A stretch of DNA of 64,000 nucleotides, taken from Squalus acanthias (lineage: Eukaryota). Both the position numbers and the translations under genes were made by a program. The notes under the pieces are model-generated. The model worked only from the letters and a program-made list of their open reading frames with translations, was not told where the DNA came from and made no database searches. Below are positions 14,701 through 29,400 of this stretch, piece by piece. The stretch lies in contig CM059431.1 in assembly GCA_030390025.1 (NCBI GenBank), positions 156,180,001 through 156,244,000 of the forward strand. The letters are read 5' to 3'. The stretch's first letter is position 1, and each line of letters starts with the position of its first letter.

Positions 14701-17700
14701 CCGTGGACTACACGGAGTGTCAGAGTGCCGTGTACTACACAGAGTGTCAGATTACCGTGGGCTACACAGAGTGACAGAGTACACTGGGCTACACAGAGTG
14801 TCAGAGTACCGTGGACTACACGGAGTGTCATAGTACCCTGGGCTACACAGAGTGTCAGAGTACCGTGGACTACACAGAGTCTCAGAGTACCCTGGGCTAC
14901 ACAGAGTGTCAGAGTACCCTGGGCTACAAAGAGTGTCAGAGTACCCTGGACTACACAGAGCGTCAGAGTACCTTGAACTACACAGAGTGTCAGACTATCT
15001 TGGACTACACAGCGTGTCAGAGTACCGTGGACTACACAGAGTGTCAGAGTATCCTGGGTACACAGAGCGACAGAGGACCCTGGACTACACGGAGTGTCAG
15101 AGTACCTTGGACTACACAGAGTGTCAGAGTACCGTGTAATGCACAGAGTTTCAGAGTACCGTGGGCTGCACAGAGTGTCAGAGTCCATTGGCCTACACAG
15201 AGTGTCAGAGTAACCTGGACTACACAGAGTGTCAGAGTAACCTGGGCTACACAGAGTGTCAGAGTACCGTGGAATACACAAAGTGTTTTAGTACCCTGGA
15301 CTACACAGAGTGTTAGAGTACCGTGGAATACACAGAGTGTTAGAGTACCTTGGACTAAACAGAGTGTCAGAGTACCCTGTTCTACACAGTGTGTCAGAGT
15401 ACCTTGGACTACACAGAGTGTCAGAGTACCCTGGACTACACAGAGTGTCAGAGTACCGTGGACTGCACAGAGTGTGAGAGTACCTTGGACTACACAGAGT
15501 GTCAGAGTACCGTGGGCTACACAGAGTGTCAGACTACCGTGGAATACACAGAGTGTTAGAGTACCCTGGACTACACAGAGTTTCACAGTACCGTGGAATA
15601 CACAGAGAGTTAGGTAACTTGGACTAAACAGAGTGTCAGAGTAACCTGGTCTGCACAGAGTGTCAGAGTACCTTGGACTGCACAGAGTGTCAGAGTACCC
15701 TGGACTACACAGAGTGACAGAGTACACTGGGCTACACAGAGTGTCAGAGTACCGTGGACTACACGGAGTGTCACAGTACCCTGGGCTACACAGAGTGCCA
15801 GAGTACCGTGGACTACACAGAGTCTCAGAGTACACTGGGCTACACAGAGTGTCAGAGTACCTTGGACTACACAAAGTTTCAGAGTACCGTGGACTACACA
15901 GATTGTCAGAGTACCGTGGGCTAAACATAGTGATAGAGTACACTGGGCTACACAGAGTTTCAGAGTACCTTGGACGACTCGGAGTGTCAGGCTATCTTGG
16001 ACTACAAAGCGTGTCAGAGTACCGTGGACTACACAGAGTGTCAGAGTATCCTGGGTACACAGAGTGACAGAGGACCCTGGACTACACGGAGTGTCAGAGT
16101 ACCGTGGACTAAACAGAGTCTCAGAGTTAACTGGGCTACACAGAGTGTCAGAGTACCGTGGGCTAAACAGAGTGATAGAGTACACTGGGCTACACAGAGT
16201 TTCAGAGTACATTGGACGACTCGGAGTGTCAGGCTATCTTGGACTACAAAGCGTTTCAGAGTACCGTGGACTACACAGAGTGTCAGAGTATCCTGGGTAC
16301 ACAGAGTGACAGAGGACCCTGGACTACACGGAGTGTCAGTGTACCTTGGAATACACAGAGTGTCAGAGTACCGTGTAATACACAGAGTTTCAGAGTACCG
16401 TGGGCTACACAGAGTGTCAGAGTTCATTGGCCTACACAGAGTGTCAGAGTACCCTGGACTACACAGAGTATCAGAGTACCCTGGGCTACACAGAGTGTCA
16501 GAGTACCGTGGAATACACAGAGTGTTAGAGTACCCTGGACTACTCAGAGTGTCAGAGTACCGTGGAATACACAGAGTGTTAGAGTACCTTGGACTACACA
16601 GAGTGTCAGAGTATCCTGGTCTGCACAGAGTGTCAGAGTCCCTTGGACTAAACAGCGTGTCAGAGTAAACTGGACTACTCAGAGTGTCAGAGTACCCTGG
16701 ACTAAACAGCGTGTCAGAGTAAACTGGACTACACAGAGTGTCAGAGTACCGTGGGCTACACAGAGTGACAGAGTACACTGGGCTACACAGAGTGTCAGAG
16801 TACCCTGGACTACACAGAGTTTCAGAGTACCTTGGTCTACACAGAGTTTCAGAGTGCCTTGGACTACACAGAGTGTCAGAGTACCGTGATTTAACAGAGT
16901 GTCAGAGTACCTTGGACTACACAGAGTGTTAGAGTACCCTGGGCTACACAGGGCTTCAGAGTACATTGGACTATAAAGAGTGTCAGAATACCGTGGACTA
17001 CACACAGGGTCAGAGTATCGTGGATTAACAGAGTTTCAGAGTACCTTGGACTGCGCAGAGTGTCAGAGAAACGTGGGCGACACACATTGTCAGCGTACAC
17101 TGGGCTACACAGAGTGTCAGAGTACCCTGGGCAACACAGAGTGTCAGAGTACATTGGAATACAAAGAGTGTCAGAGTAACCTGGACTACACAGAGTGTCA
17201 GAGTAAACTGGACTAAACAGAGTGTCAGAGTTCCGTGGAATACACAGAGTGTTAGAGTACCCTGGTCTACACAGAGTGTCAGAGTACCTTGGACTACACA
17301 GAGTGTCAGAGTTCCGTGGAATACACAGAGTGTTAGAGTACCCTGGTCTACACAGAGTGTCAGTCTACCTTGGACAACACAGAGTGTCAGAGTACCCTGG
17401 ACTACACAGAGTGTCAGAGTACCGTGGGCTGAACAGAGTGACAGAGTACACTGGGCTACACAGGGTGTCAGAGTAGCGTGGACTACACGGAGTGTCAGAG
17501 TACCGTGTACTACACATAGTGTCAGAGTACCGTGGAATACACAGAGTGTTAGAGTACCCTGGACTACACAGAGTGTCAGAGTACCGTGGAATACACAGAG
17601 TGTTAGAGTACCTTGGACTACACAGAGTGTCAGAGTACCCTGGTCTGCACAGAGTGTCAGAGTCCCTTGGACTAAACAGCGTGTCAGAGTAAACTGGACT

Positions 17701-20700
17701 ACTCAGAGTGTCAGAGTAACCTGGACTAAACAGCGTGTCAGAGTACACTGGGCTACACAGAGTCCCAGAGTACCGTGGACTACACGGAGTGTCAGAGTGC
17801 CGTGTACTACACAGAGTGTCAGATTACCGTGGGCTACACAGAGTGACAGAGTACACTGGGCTACACAGAGTGTCAGAGTACCGTGGACTACACGGAGTGT
17901 CATAGTACCCTGGGCTACACAGAGTGTCAGAGTACCGTGGACTACACAGAGTCTCAGAGTACCCTGGGCTACACAGAGTGTCAGAGTACCCTGGGCTACA
18001 AAGAGTGTCAGAGTACCCTGGACTACACAGAGCGTCAGAGTACCTTGAACTACACAGAGTGTCAGACTATCTTGGACTACACAGCGTGTCAGAGTACCGT
18101 GGACTACACAGAGTGTCAGAGTATCCTGGGTACACAGAGCGACAGAGGACCCTGGACTACACGGAGTGTCAGAGTACCTTGGACTACACAGAGTGTCAGA
18201 GTACCGTGTAATGCACAGAGTTTCAGAGTACCGTGGGCTGCACAGAGTGTCAGAGTCCATTGGCCTACACAGAGTGTCAGAGTAACCTGGACTACACAGA
18301 GTGTCAGAGTAACCTGGGCTACACAGAGTGTCAGAGTACCGTGGAATACACAGAGTGTTAGAGTACCTTGGACTAAACAGAGTGTCAGAGTACCCTGTTC
18401 TACACAGTGTGTCAGAGTACCTTGGACTACACAGAGTGTCAGAGTACCCTGGACTACACAGAGTGTCAGAGTACCGTGGACTGCACAGAGTGTGAGAGTA
18501 CCTTGGACTACACAGAGTGTCAGAGTACCGTGGGCTACACAGAGTGTCAGACTACCGTGGAATACACAGAGTGTTAGAGTACCCTGGACTACACAGAGTT
18601 TCACAGTACCGTGGAATACACAGAGAGTTAGGTAACTTGGACTAAACAGAGTGTCAGAGTAACCTGGTCTGCACAGAGTGTCAGAGTACTTTGGACTGCA
18701 CAGAGTGTCAGAGTACCCTGGACTACACAGAGTGACAGAGTACACTGGGCTACACAGAGTGTCAGAGTACCGTGGACTACACGGAGTGTCACAGTACCCT
18801 GGGCTACACAGAGTGCCAGAGTACCGTGGACTACACAGAGTCTCAGAGTACACTGGGCTACACAGAGTGTCAGAGTACCTTGGACTACACAAAGTTTCAG
18901 AGTACCGTGGACTACACAGTTTGTCAGAGTACCGTGGGCTAAACAGAGTGATAGAGTACACTGGGCTACACAGAGTTTCAGAGTACCTTGGACGACTCGG
19001 AGTGTCAGGCTATCTTGGACTACAAAGCGTGTCAGAGTACCGTGGACTACACAGAGTGTCAGAGTATCCTGGGTACACAGAGTGACAGAGGACCCTGGAC
19101 TACACGGAGTGTCAGAGTACCGTGGACTAAACAGAGTCTCAGAGTTAACTGGGCTACACAGAGTGTCAGAGTACCGTGGGCTAAACAGAGTGATAGAGTA
19201 CACTGGGCTACACAGAGTTTCAGAGTACATTGGACGACTCGGAGTGTCAGGCTATCTTGGACTACAAAGCGTTTCAGAGTACCGTGGACTACACAGAGTG
19301 TCAGAGTATCCTGGGTACACAGAGTGACAGAGGACCCTGGACTACACGGAGTGTCAGTGTACCTTGGAATACACAGAGTGTCAGAGTACCGTGTAATACA
19401 CAGAGTTTCAGAGTACCGTGGGCTACACAGAGTGTCAGAGTTCATTGGCCTACACAGAGTGTCAGAGTACCCTGGACTACACAGAGTATCAGAGTACCCT
19501 GGGCTACACAGAGTGTCAGAGTACCGTGGAATACACAGAGTGTTAGAGTACCCTGGACTACTCAGAGTGTCAGAGTACCGTGGAATACACAGAGTGTTAG
19601 AGTACCTTGGACTACACAGAGTGTCAGAGTATCCTGGTCTGCACAGAGTGTCAGAGTCCCTTGGACTAAACAGCGTGTCAGAGTAAACTGGACTACTCAG
19701 AGTGTCAGAGTACCCTGGACTAAACAGCGTGTCAGAGTAAACTGGACTACACAGAGTGTCAGAGTACCGTGGGCTACACAGAGTGACAGAGTACACTGGG
19801 CTACACAGAGTGTCAGAGTACCCTGGACTACACAGAGTTTCAGAGTACCTTGGTCTACACAGAGTTTCAGAGTGCCTTGGACTACACAGAGTGTCAGAGT
19901 ACCGTGATTTAACAGAGTGTCAGAGTACCTTGGACTACACAGAGTGTTAGAGTACCCTGGGCTACACAGGGCTTCAGAGTACATTGGACTATAAAGAGTG
20001 TCAGAATACCGTGGACTACACACAGGGTCAGAGTATCGTGGATTAACAGAGTTTCAGACTACCTTGGACTGCGCAGAGTGTCAGAGAAACGTGGGCGACA
20101 CACATTGTCAGCGTACACTGGGCTACACAGAGTGTCAGAGTACCCTGGGCAACACAGAGTGTCAGAGTACATTGGAATACAAAGAGTGTCAGAGTAACCT
20201 GGACTACACAGAGTGTCAGAGTAAACTGGACTAAACAGAGTGTCAGAGTTCCGTGGAATACACAGAGTGTTAGAGTACCCTGGTCTACACAGAGTGTCAG
20301 AGTACCTTGGACTACACAGAGTGTCAGAGTTCCGTGGAATACACAGAGTGTTAGAGTACCCTGGTCTACACAGAGTGTCAGTGTACCTTGGACAACACAG
20401 AGTGTCAGAGTACCCTGGACTACACAGAGTGTCAGAGTACCGTGGGCTGAACAGAGTGACAGAGTACACTGGGCTACACAGGGTGTCAGAGTAGCGTGGA
20501 CTACACGGAGTGTCAGAGTACCGTGTACTACACAGAGTGTCAGAGTACTGTGGACTACACAGAGTCTCAGAGTACACTGGGCTACTCAGAGTGTCAGAGT
20601 ACCCAGGGCTAAAAGAGTGTCAGAGTACCGTGGACTACACAGAGTGTCAGAGTACCTTGGACTCCACAAAGTTTCAGAGTACCGTGGACTACACAGAGTG

Positions 20701-21950
20701 TCAGAGTACCGTGAGCTAAACAGAGTGATAGAGTACACTGGGCTACACAGAGTTTCAGAGTACCTTGGACGACACAGAGTGTCAGAGATCATTGGCCTAC
20801 ACAGAGTGTCAGAGTACCCTGGACTACACAGACTATCAGAGTACCCTGGGCTACACAGAGTGTCAGACTACCGTGGAATACACAGAGTGTTAGAGTACCC
20901 TGGACTACACAGAGTGTCAGAGTACAGTGGAATACACAGAGTGTTAGAGTACCTTGGACTACACAGAGTGTCAGAGTACCCTGGTCTGCACAGAGTGTCA
21001 GAGTCTCTTGGACTAAACAGCGTGTCAGAGTAAACTGGACTACTCAGAGTGTCAGAGTACCCTGGACTAAACAGCGTGTCAGAGTAAACTGGACTACACA
21101 GAGTGTCAGAGTAGCGTGGACTACACAGAGTGACAGAGTACACTGGGCTACACAGAGTGTCAGAGTACCGTGGAGTACACGGAGTTTCAGAGTACCGTGT
21201 ACTACACAGAGTGTCAGATTACCGTGGGCTACACAGAGTGACAGAGTACACTGGGCTACACAGAGTGTCAGAGTACTGTGGACTACACGGAGTGTCAGAG
21301 TACCCTGGGCTACACAGAGTGTCAGAGTACCGTGGACTACACAGAGTCTCAGAGTACCCTGGGCTACACAGAGTGTCAGAGTACCCAGGACTACACCGCG
21401 TGTCAGAGTACCCTGGGCTACACAGAGTGTCAGAGAACCCTGGGTACACAGAGTGACAGAGGAACCTGGACTACACAGAGTGTCAGAGTACCTTGGTCTA
21501 CATGGATTGTCAGAGTACCGTGGGCTCCACAGAGTGACAGAGTACACTGGGCTACACAGAGTGTCAGTGTACCCTGGACTACACAAAGTTTCAGAGTACC
21601 TTGGTCTACACTGAGTGTCAGAGTGCCTTGGACTACACAGAGTGTCAGAGTACCGTGATTTAACAGAGTGTCAGAGTACCTTGGACTACACAGAGTGTTA
21701 GAGTACCCTAGGCTACACAGGGCTTCAGAGTACATTGGACTATAAAGAGTGTCAGAATACCGTGGACTACACAGAGGGTCAGAGTATCGTGGATTAACAG
21801 AGTTTCTGAGTACCTTGGACTACGCAGAGTGTCAGAGAACCGTGGGCGACACACATTGTCAGAGTACACTGGGCTACACAGAGTATAAGAGTACCCTGGG
21901 CTACACAGAGTGTCAGAGTACATTGGACTACAAAGAGTGTCAGAGTAACT
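5750..21950. repeat. Domain A ~3-4 kb higher-order repeats (boundaries approximate)
   Basis: The rare landmark TGATTTAAC recurs at 8911, 12872, 16887, 19905 and 21656 (spacings 3961, 4015, 3018, 1751), with matching ORF offsets. Confidence 0.85.
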
Positions 21951-23809
21951 TGGCTACACAGAGTGTCAGAGTAAACTGGGCTACACAGAGTGTCAGAGTT
22001 CCGTGGAATACACAGAGTGTTAGGGTACCCTGGTCTACACAGAGTGTCAGTGTACCTTGGACTACACAGAGTGTCAGAGTACCCTGGACTACACAGAGTG
22101 TCAGAGTACCCTGGACTAAACAGCGTGTCAGAGTAAACTGGACTACACAGAGTTTCAGTGTACCTTGGGCTACACGGAGTGTCAGATTACCGTGGGCGAC
22201 ACAGAGTGACAGAGTACACTGGGCTACACAGAGTGTCAGAGTACCGTGGACTACACAGAGTGTCAGAGTAAACTGGACTACCCAGAGTGTCAGAGTACCC
22301 TGGGTACACAGAGTGACAGAGGACCCTGGACTACACGGAGTGTCAGAGTACCTTGGACTAAACAGAGTGTCAGAGTACCGTGTACAACACAGAGTGTCAG
22401 AGTATCTTGATCTACACAGAGTGTCAGAGTACCGTGAGCTACACAGAGTGACGGAGTACACGGAGCTACACAGAGTGTCAGAGAACCCTGGACTAAACAG
22501 ACTGTCAGAGTACCTTCGTCTGCACAGGGTGTCAGAGTACCGTGGGATAGACAGAGTGACAGAGTACACTGGGCTACACAGAGTGTCTGAGTACCGTGGA
22601 CTACACAGAGTGTCAGTGTACCCTGGACTACACAGAGTGTCAGAGTACCTTGGACTACACGGAGTGTCAGAGTACCGTGGATTACACAGAGTGTCAGAGA
22701 ACCCTGGACTACACAGAATGTCAGAGTACCGTGGGCTACACAGAGTGTCAGAGTACCTTGGACTACACATGGTGTCAGAGTACCTTGGGATACACAGAGT
22801 GTTAGAGTACCCTCCACTGCACAGAGTGTCAGAGAACCCTGTACTACACAGAGTGTCAGAGTACCCTGAACTACACTGAGTGTCAGAGCACCCTGGAATA
22901 CACAGTAGTTTCATCAAACCCTGGACTACACAGAGTGTCAGAGTACCTTGGACTACACAGAGTGTCAGAGTATCCTGGACTACACAGCGTGTCAGATTAA
23001 CCTGGATTTCACAGAGTGTCACAGTACCCTGGACTACACAGAGTGTCAGAGCACCTTGGTCTACACAGAGTGTCAGAGTACCGTGAGCTACACAGAGTGA
23101 CAGATTACACTGGGCGACACAGAGTGTCAGAGTACCCTAGACTAAACAAAGTGGCAGAGTACCTTGGTCTACACAGGGTGTCAAAGTAAAGTGGGATATA
23201 CAGAGTAACAGAGTACACTGAGCGACAGATTGTCAGAGTACCGTGGACTACAGAGTGTTAGAGTACCCTGGGCTGCACAGAGTGTCAGAGTACATTGGAT
23301 TACAAAGAGTGTCAGTGTACCCTGTACTACAATGAGTGTCAGAGTACCCTGGACTACAAAGAGTGTCAGAGTACCGTGGACTACACAGAGTGTCAGAGTA
23401 CCTTGGACTACACAGAATGTCAGTGTACCTTGGGCTAAACAGAGTGTCAGAGTATCCTGGACTACACAGTATGTCAGAGTAAACTGGACTACACAGAGTG
23501 TCAGAATACCCTGGGTACACAGAGTGACAGAGGACCCTGGACTACACGGAGTGTCAGAGTACCTTGAAATACACAGAGTGTCAGAGTACCGTGCACTACA
23601 CAGAGTGTCAGTGTATCTTGATCTACACAGAGTGTCAGAGTACCGTGGGCTACACAGAGTGACAGAGTACACTGAGCTACACAGAGTGACAGAGAACCCT
23701 GGACTAAACAGACTGTCAGAGTACCTTGGTCTGCACATGGTGTCAGAGTATCGTGGGATACACAGAGTGACAGAGTACACTGGGCTACACAGAGTGTCTG
23801 AGTACCGTG

Positions 23810-26480
23810 GACTACACAGTAGTTTCATCAAACCCTGCACTACACAGAGTGTCAGAGTACCGTGGAATACACAGAGTGTTGGAGTACCCTGCACTGCACA
23901 GAGTGTCAGAGAACCCTGGACTACACAGAGTGTCAGAGTACCCTGAACTACACAGAGTGTCAGAGCACCCTGGAATACACAGTAGTTTCATCAACCCCTG
24001 GACTACACAGAGTGTCAGAGTACCTTGGACTACACAGAGTGTCAGAGTATCCTGGATTTCACAGAGTGTCAGAGTACCCTGGGTACACAGAGTGTCAGAG
24101 TACCGTGTACCACACAGAGTGTCAGAACACCATCGTCTACACAGAGTGTCAGAGTACCGTGGGCTACACAGTGTGACAGAGTACAGTGGGCTACACAGAG
24201 TGTCAGAGTCCCCTGGACTAAACAAAGTGTCAGAGTACGTTGGTCTACACAGGGTGTCAGAGTACCGTGGGAGGCACAGAGTGACAGAGTAAACTGGGCA
24301 ACACAGAGTGTCAGAGTACCCTGGACTGCACAGAGTGTTAGAGTACCGTGTACCACACAGAGTGTCAGAACACCATCGTCTACACAGAGTGTCAGAGTAC
24401 CGTGGGCTACACAGTGTGACAGAGTACAGTGGGCTACACAGAGTGTCAGAGTCCCCTGGACTAAACAAAGTGTCAGAGTACGTTGGTCTACACAGGGTGT
24501 CAGAGTACCGTGGGAGGCACAGAGTGACAGAGTATACTGGGCTACACAGAGTGTCAGAGTACCCTGGACTACACAGAGTGTCAGAGTATTCTGGACTACA
24601 CAGCGTGTCAGATTAACCTGGATTACTCAGAGTGTCAGAGTAACCTGGCTACACAGAGTGACAGAGGACCCTGGACTACACGGAGTGTCACAGTACCCTG
24701 GACTACACAGAGTGTCAGAGTACCGTTTACTACACAGAGTGTCAGAGCACCTTGGTCTACACAGAGTGTCAGAGTACCGTGGGCTACACAGAGTGACAGA
24801 TTACACTGGGCGACACAGAGTGTCAGAGTACCCTAGACTAAACAAAGTGTCAGAGTACCTTGATCTACATAGGGTGTCAAAGTAACGTGGGATATACAGA
24901 GTAACAGAGTACACTGGGCTACAGAGTGTCAGAGTACCGTGGACTACACAGAGTGTTAGAGTACCCTGGGCTGCACAGAGTGTCAGAGTACATTGGATTA
25001 CAAAGAGTGTCAGAGTACCCTGGACTAAACAGAGTGTCAGAGTACCCTGGACTACACAGAGTGTCAGAGTACCCTGAACTACACAGAGTGTCAGAGCACC
25101 CTGGAATACACATTAGTTTCATCAAACCCTGGACTACACAGAGTGTCAGAGTACCTTGGACTACACAGAGTGTCAGAGTATCCTGGATTTCACAGAGTGT
25201 CAGAGTACCCTGGGTACACAGAGTGTCAGAGTACCGTGTACCACACAGTAGTTTCATCAAACCCTGCACTACACAGAGTGTCAGAGTACCGTGGAATACA
25301 CAGAGTGTTGGAGTACCCTGCACTGCACAGAGTGTCAGAGAACCCTGGACTACACAGAGTGTCAGAGTACCCTGAACTACACAGAGTGTCAGAGCACCCT
25401 GGAATACACAGTAGTTTCATCAAACCCTGGACTACACAGAGTGTCAGAGTACCTTGGACTAAACAGAGTGTCAGAGTATCCTGGATTTCACAGAGTGTCA
25501 GAGTACCCTGGGTACACAGAGTGTCAGAGTACCGTGTACCACACAGAGTGTCAGAACACCATCGTCTACACAGAGTGTCAGAGTACCGTGGGCTACACAG
25601 TGTGACAGAGTACAGTGGGCTACACAGAGTGTCAGAGTCCCCTGGACTAAACAAAGTGTCAGAGTACGTTGGTCTACACAGGGTGTCAGAGTACCGTGGG
25701 AGGCACAGAGTGACAGAGTAAACTGGGCTACACAGAGTGTCAGAGTACCCTGGACTGCACAGAGTGTTAGAGTACCGTGTACCACACAGAGTGTCAGAAC
25801 ACCATCGTCTACACAGAGTGTTAGAGTACCGTGGGCTACACAGTGTGACAGAGTACAGTGGGCTACACAGAGTGTCAGAGTCCCCTGGACTAAACAAAGT
25901 GTCAGAGTACGTTGGTCTACACAGGGTGTCAGAGTACCGTGGGAGGCACAGAGTGACAGAGTATACTGGGCTACACAGAGTGTCAGAGTACCCTGGACTA
26001 CACAGAGTGTCAGAGTATTCTGGACTACACAGCGTGTCAGATTAACCTGGATTACTCAGAGTGTCAGAGTAACCTGGCTACACAGAGTGACAGAGGACCC
26101 TGGACTACACGGAGTGTCACAGTACCCTGGACTACACAGAGTGTCAGAGTACCGTTTACTACACAGAGTGTCAGAGCACCTTGGTCTTCACAGAGTGTCA
26201 GAGTACCGTGGGCTACACAGAGTGACAGATTACACTGGGCGACACAGAGTGTCAGAGTACCCTAGACTAAACAAAGTGTCAGAGTACCTTGATCTACATA
26301 GGGTGTCAAAGTGACGTGGGATATACAGAGTAACAGAGTACACTGGGCTACAGAGTGTCAGAGTACCGTGGACTACACAGAGTGTTAGAGTACCCTGGGC
26401 TGCACAGAGTGTCAGAGTACATTGGATTACAAAGAGTCTCAGAGTACCCTGGACTAAACAGAGTGTCAGAGTACCCTGGA
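23810..26480. repeat. 1,429-bp higher-order duplication (~53 monomers)
   Basis: ORF offsets 23862/25291, 24308/25737 and 24926/26355 all equal 1429. Confidence 0.85.
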
Positions 26481-29400
26481 CTACACAGAGTGTCAGAGTA
26501 CCCTGGGTACACAGAGTGTCAGAGTACCGTGTACCACACAGAGTTTCAGAACACCATTGTCTACACAGAGTGTCAGAGTGCCGTGGGCTACACAGAGTGA
26601 CAGAGTACACTGAGCTACACAGAGTTTCAGAGTGCCCCGGACTAAACAAAGTGTCAGAGTACGTTGGTCTACACAGTGTGTCAGAGTAGCGTGGGAGGCA
26701 CAGTGTGACAGAGTAAACTGGGCTACACAGAGTGTCAGAGTACCCTGGACTGCACAGAGTGTTAGAGTACCCTGGGCTGCACGGAGTTTCAGAGTACATT
26801 GGATTACAAAGAGTGTCAGAGTACCCTGGACTACACGGAGTGTCAGAGTACCCTGGACTACACAGAGTGTCAGAGTACCCTGGACTACAAAGAGTGTCAA
26901 TGTACCGTGGACTACAGAGAGTGTCAGAGTACCTTGGACTACACAGAATGTCAGATTACCTTGGGCTAAACAGAGTGTCAGAGTATCCTGGACTACACAG
27001 TGTGTCAGAGTAAACTGGACTACACAGAGTGTCAGAGTACCCTGGGTACACAGAGTGACAGAGGACCCTGGACTACACGGAGTGGCAGAGTACCTTGGAC
27101 TACACAGAGTCTCAGAGTACCGTGTACTACACAGAGTGTCAGAGTATCTTGATCTACACAGAGTGTCAGAGTACCGTGGGCTACACAGGGTGTCAGAGTG
27201 CCTTGGAATACACAGAGTGTCAGAGTACCCTGGACTACACAGAGTGTCAGAGTACCATGGACTACACAGATTGTCAGAGAACCTTGTACTACACAGAGTG
27301 TCAGAGTACCGTGGGCTACACAGAGTGATAGAGTACACTTGGCTACATAGAGTGTCAGAGAACCCTGGTATAAACAGACAGTCAGAGTACGTTGTTCTGC
27401 ACAGGGTGTCAGAGTACCGTGGGATACACAGAGTGACAGAGTACACTGGGCTACACAGAGTGTCTGAGTACCGTGGACTACACAAAGTGTCAGTGTACCC
27501 TGGACTACACAGAGTGTCAGAGTACCTTGGACTACACAGAGTGTCAGAGTACCGTGGATTAACAGAGTGCCAGAGTACCGTGGACTACACAGAGTGTCAG
27601 AGAACCTTGGACTACACAGAGTGTCAGAGTACCGTGGGCTACACAGAGTGATAGAGTACACTTGGCTACATAGAGTGTCAGAGTAGCCTGGACTCAACAA
27701 AGTGTCAGAGTATCCTTTGCTCAAAGAGTGTCAGAGTACCGTGGAATTCACAGATTGTTAGAGTACCCTGCACTGCACAGAGTGTCAGAGTACCCTGGAC
27801 TACACAGAGTGTCAGAGTACCCTGAACTGCACAGAGTGTCAGAGCACCCTGGAAAACACAGTAGTTTCATCAAACCCTGGACTACACAGAGTGTCAGAGT
27901 ACCTTGGACTACACAGAGTGTCAGAGTATCCTGGACTACACAGCGTGTCAGATTAACCTGGATTTCACAGAGTGTCAGAGTACCCTCGGTACACAGAGTG
28001 TCAGAGTACCGTGTACCACACAGAGTGTCAGAACACCATGGTCTACGCAGAGTGTCAGAGTACCGTGGGCGACACAGAGTGACAGAGTACACTGGGCTAC
28101 ACAGAGTGTCAGAGTCCCCTGGACTAAACAAAGTGTCAGAGTACGTTGGTCTACACAGGGTGTCAGAGTACCGTGGGAGGCACAGAGTTACAGAGTACAC
28201 TGGGCTACACAGAGTGTCAGAGTACCCTGGACTACACAGAGTGTCAGAGTATCCTGGACTACACAGCGTGTCTGATTAACCTGGATTACACAGGGTGTCA
28301 CAGTAACCTGGGTACACAGAGTGACAGAGGATCCTGGACTACACGGAGTGTCACAGTACCCTGGACTACACAGAGTGTCAGAGTACCGTGTACTATACAG
28401 AGTGTCAGACCACCTTGGTCTACACAGAGTGTCAGAGTACCGTGGGCTACACAGAGTGACAGATTACACTGGGCGACACAGAGTGTCAGAGTAGCCTAGA
28501 CTAAACAAAGTGTCAGAGTACCTTGGTCTACACAGGGTGTCAAAGTAACGTGGGATATACAGAGTAACAGAGTACACTGGGCTACAGAGTGTCAGAGTAC
28601 CGTGGAATACACAGAGTGTTAGAGTACCCTGGGCTGCACAGAGTGTCAGAGTACATTGGATAACAAAGAGTGTCAGAGTACCCTGGACTAAACAGAGTGT
28701 CAGAGTATCCTGGACTACACAGTGTGACAGAGTAAACTGGACTACACAGAGTGCCAGTGTACCCTGGGTACACAGAGTGACAGAGGACCCTGGAATACAC
28801 GGAGTGTCAGAGTACCTTGGACTACACAGAGTGACAGAATACCGTGTACTACACAGAGTGTCAGAGTATCTTGATCTACACAGAGTGTCAGAGTACCGTG
28901 GGCTACATAGAGTGACAGTGTACACTGAGCTACACAGAGTGTCAGAGAACCCTGGTATAAACAGACAGTCAGAGTACGTTGGTCTGCACAGGGTGTCAGA
29001 GTACCGTGGGATACACAGAGTGACAGAGTACACTGGGCTACACAGAGTGTCTGAGTACCGTGGACTACACAGAGTGTCAGTGTACCCTGGACTACACAGA
29101 GTGTCAGAGTACCTTGGACTACACAGAGTGTCAGAGTACCGTGGATTAACAGAGTGCCAGAGTACCGTGGACTACACAGAGTGTCAGAGAACCTTGGACT
29201 ACACAGAGTGTCAGAGTGCCGTGGGCTACACAGAGTGTCAGAGTGCCTTGGAATACACAGAGTGTCAGAGTACCCTGGACTACACAGAGTGTCAGAGTAC
29301 CATGGACTACACAGATTGTCAGAGAACCTTGTACTACACAGAGTGTCAGAGTACCGTGGGCTACACAGAGTGATAGAGTACACTTGGCTCGATAGAGTGT

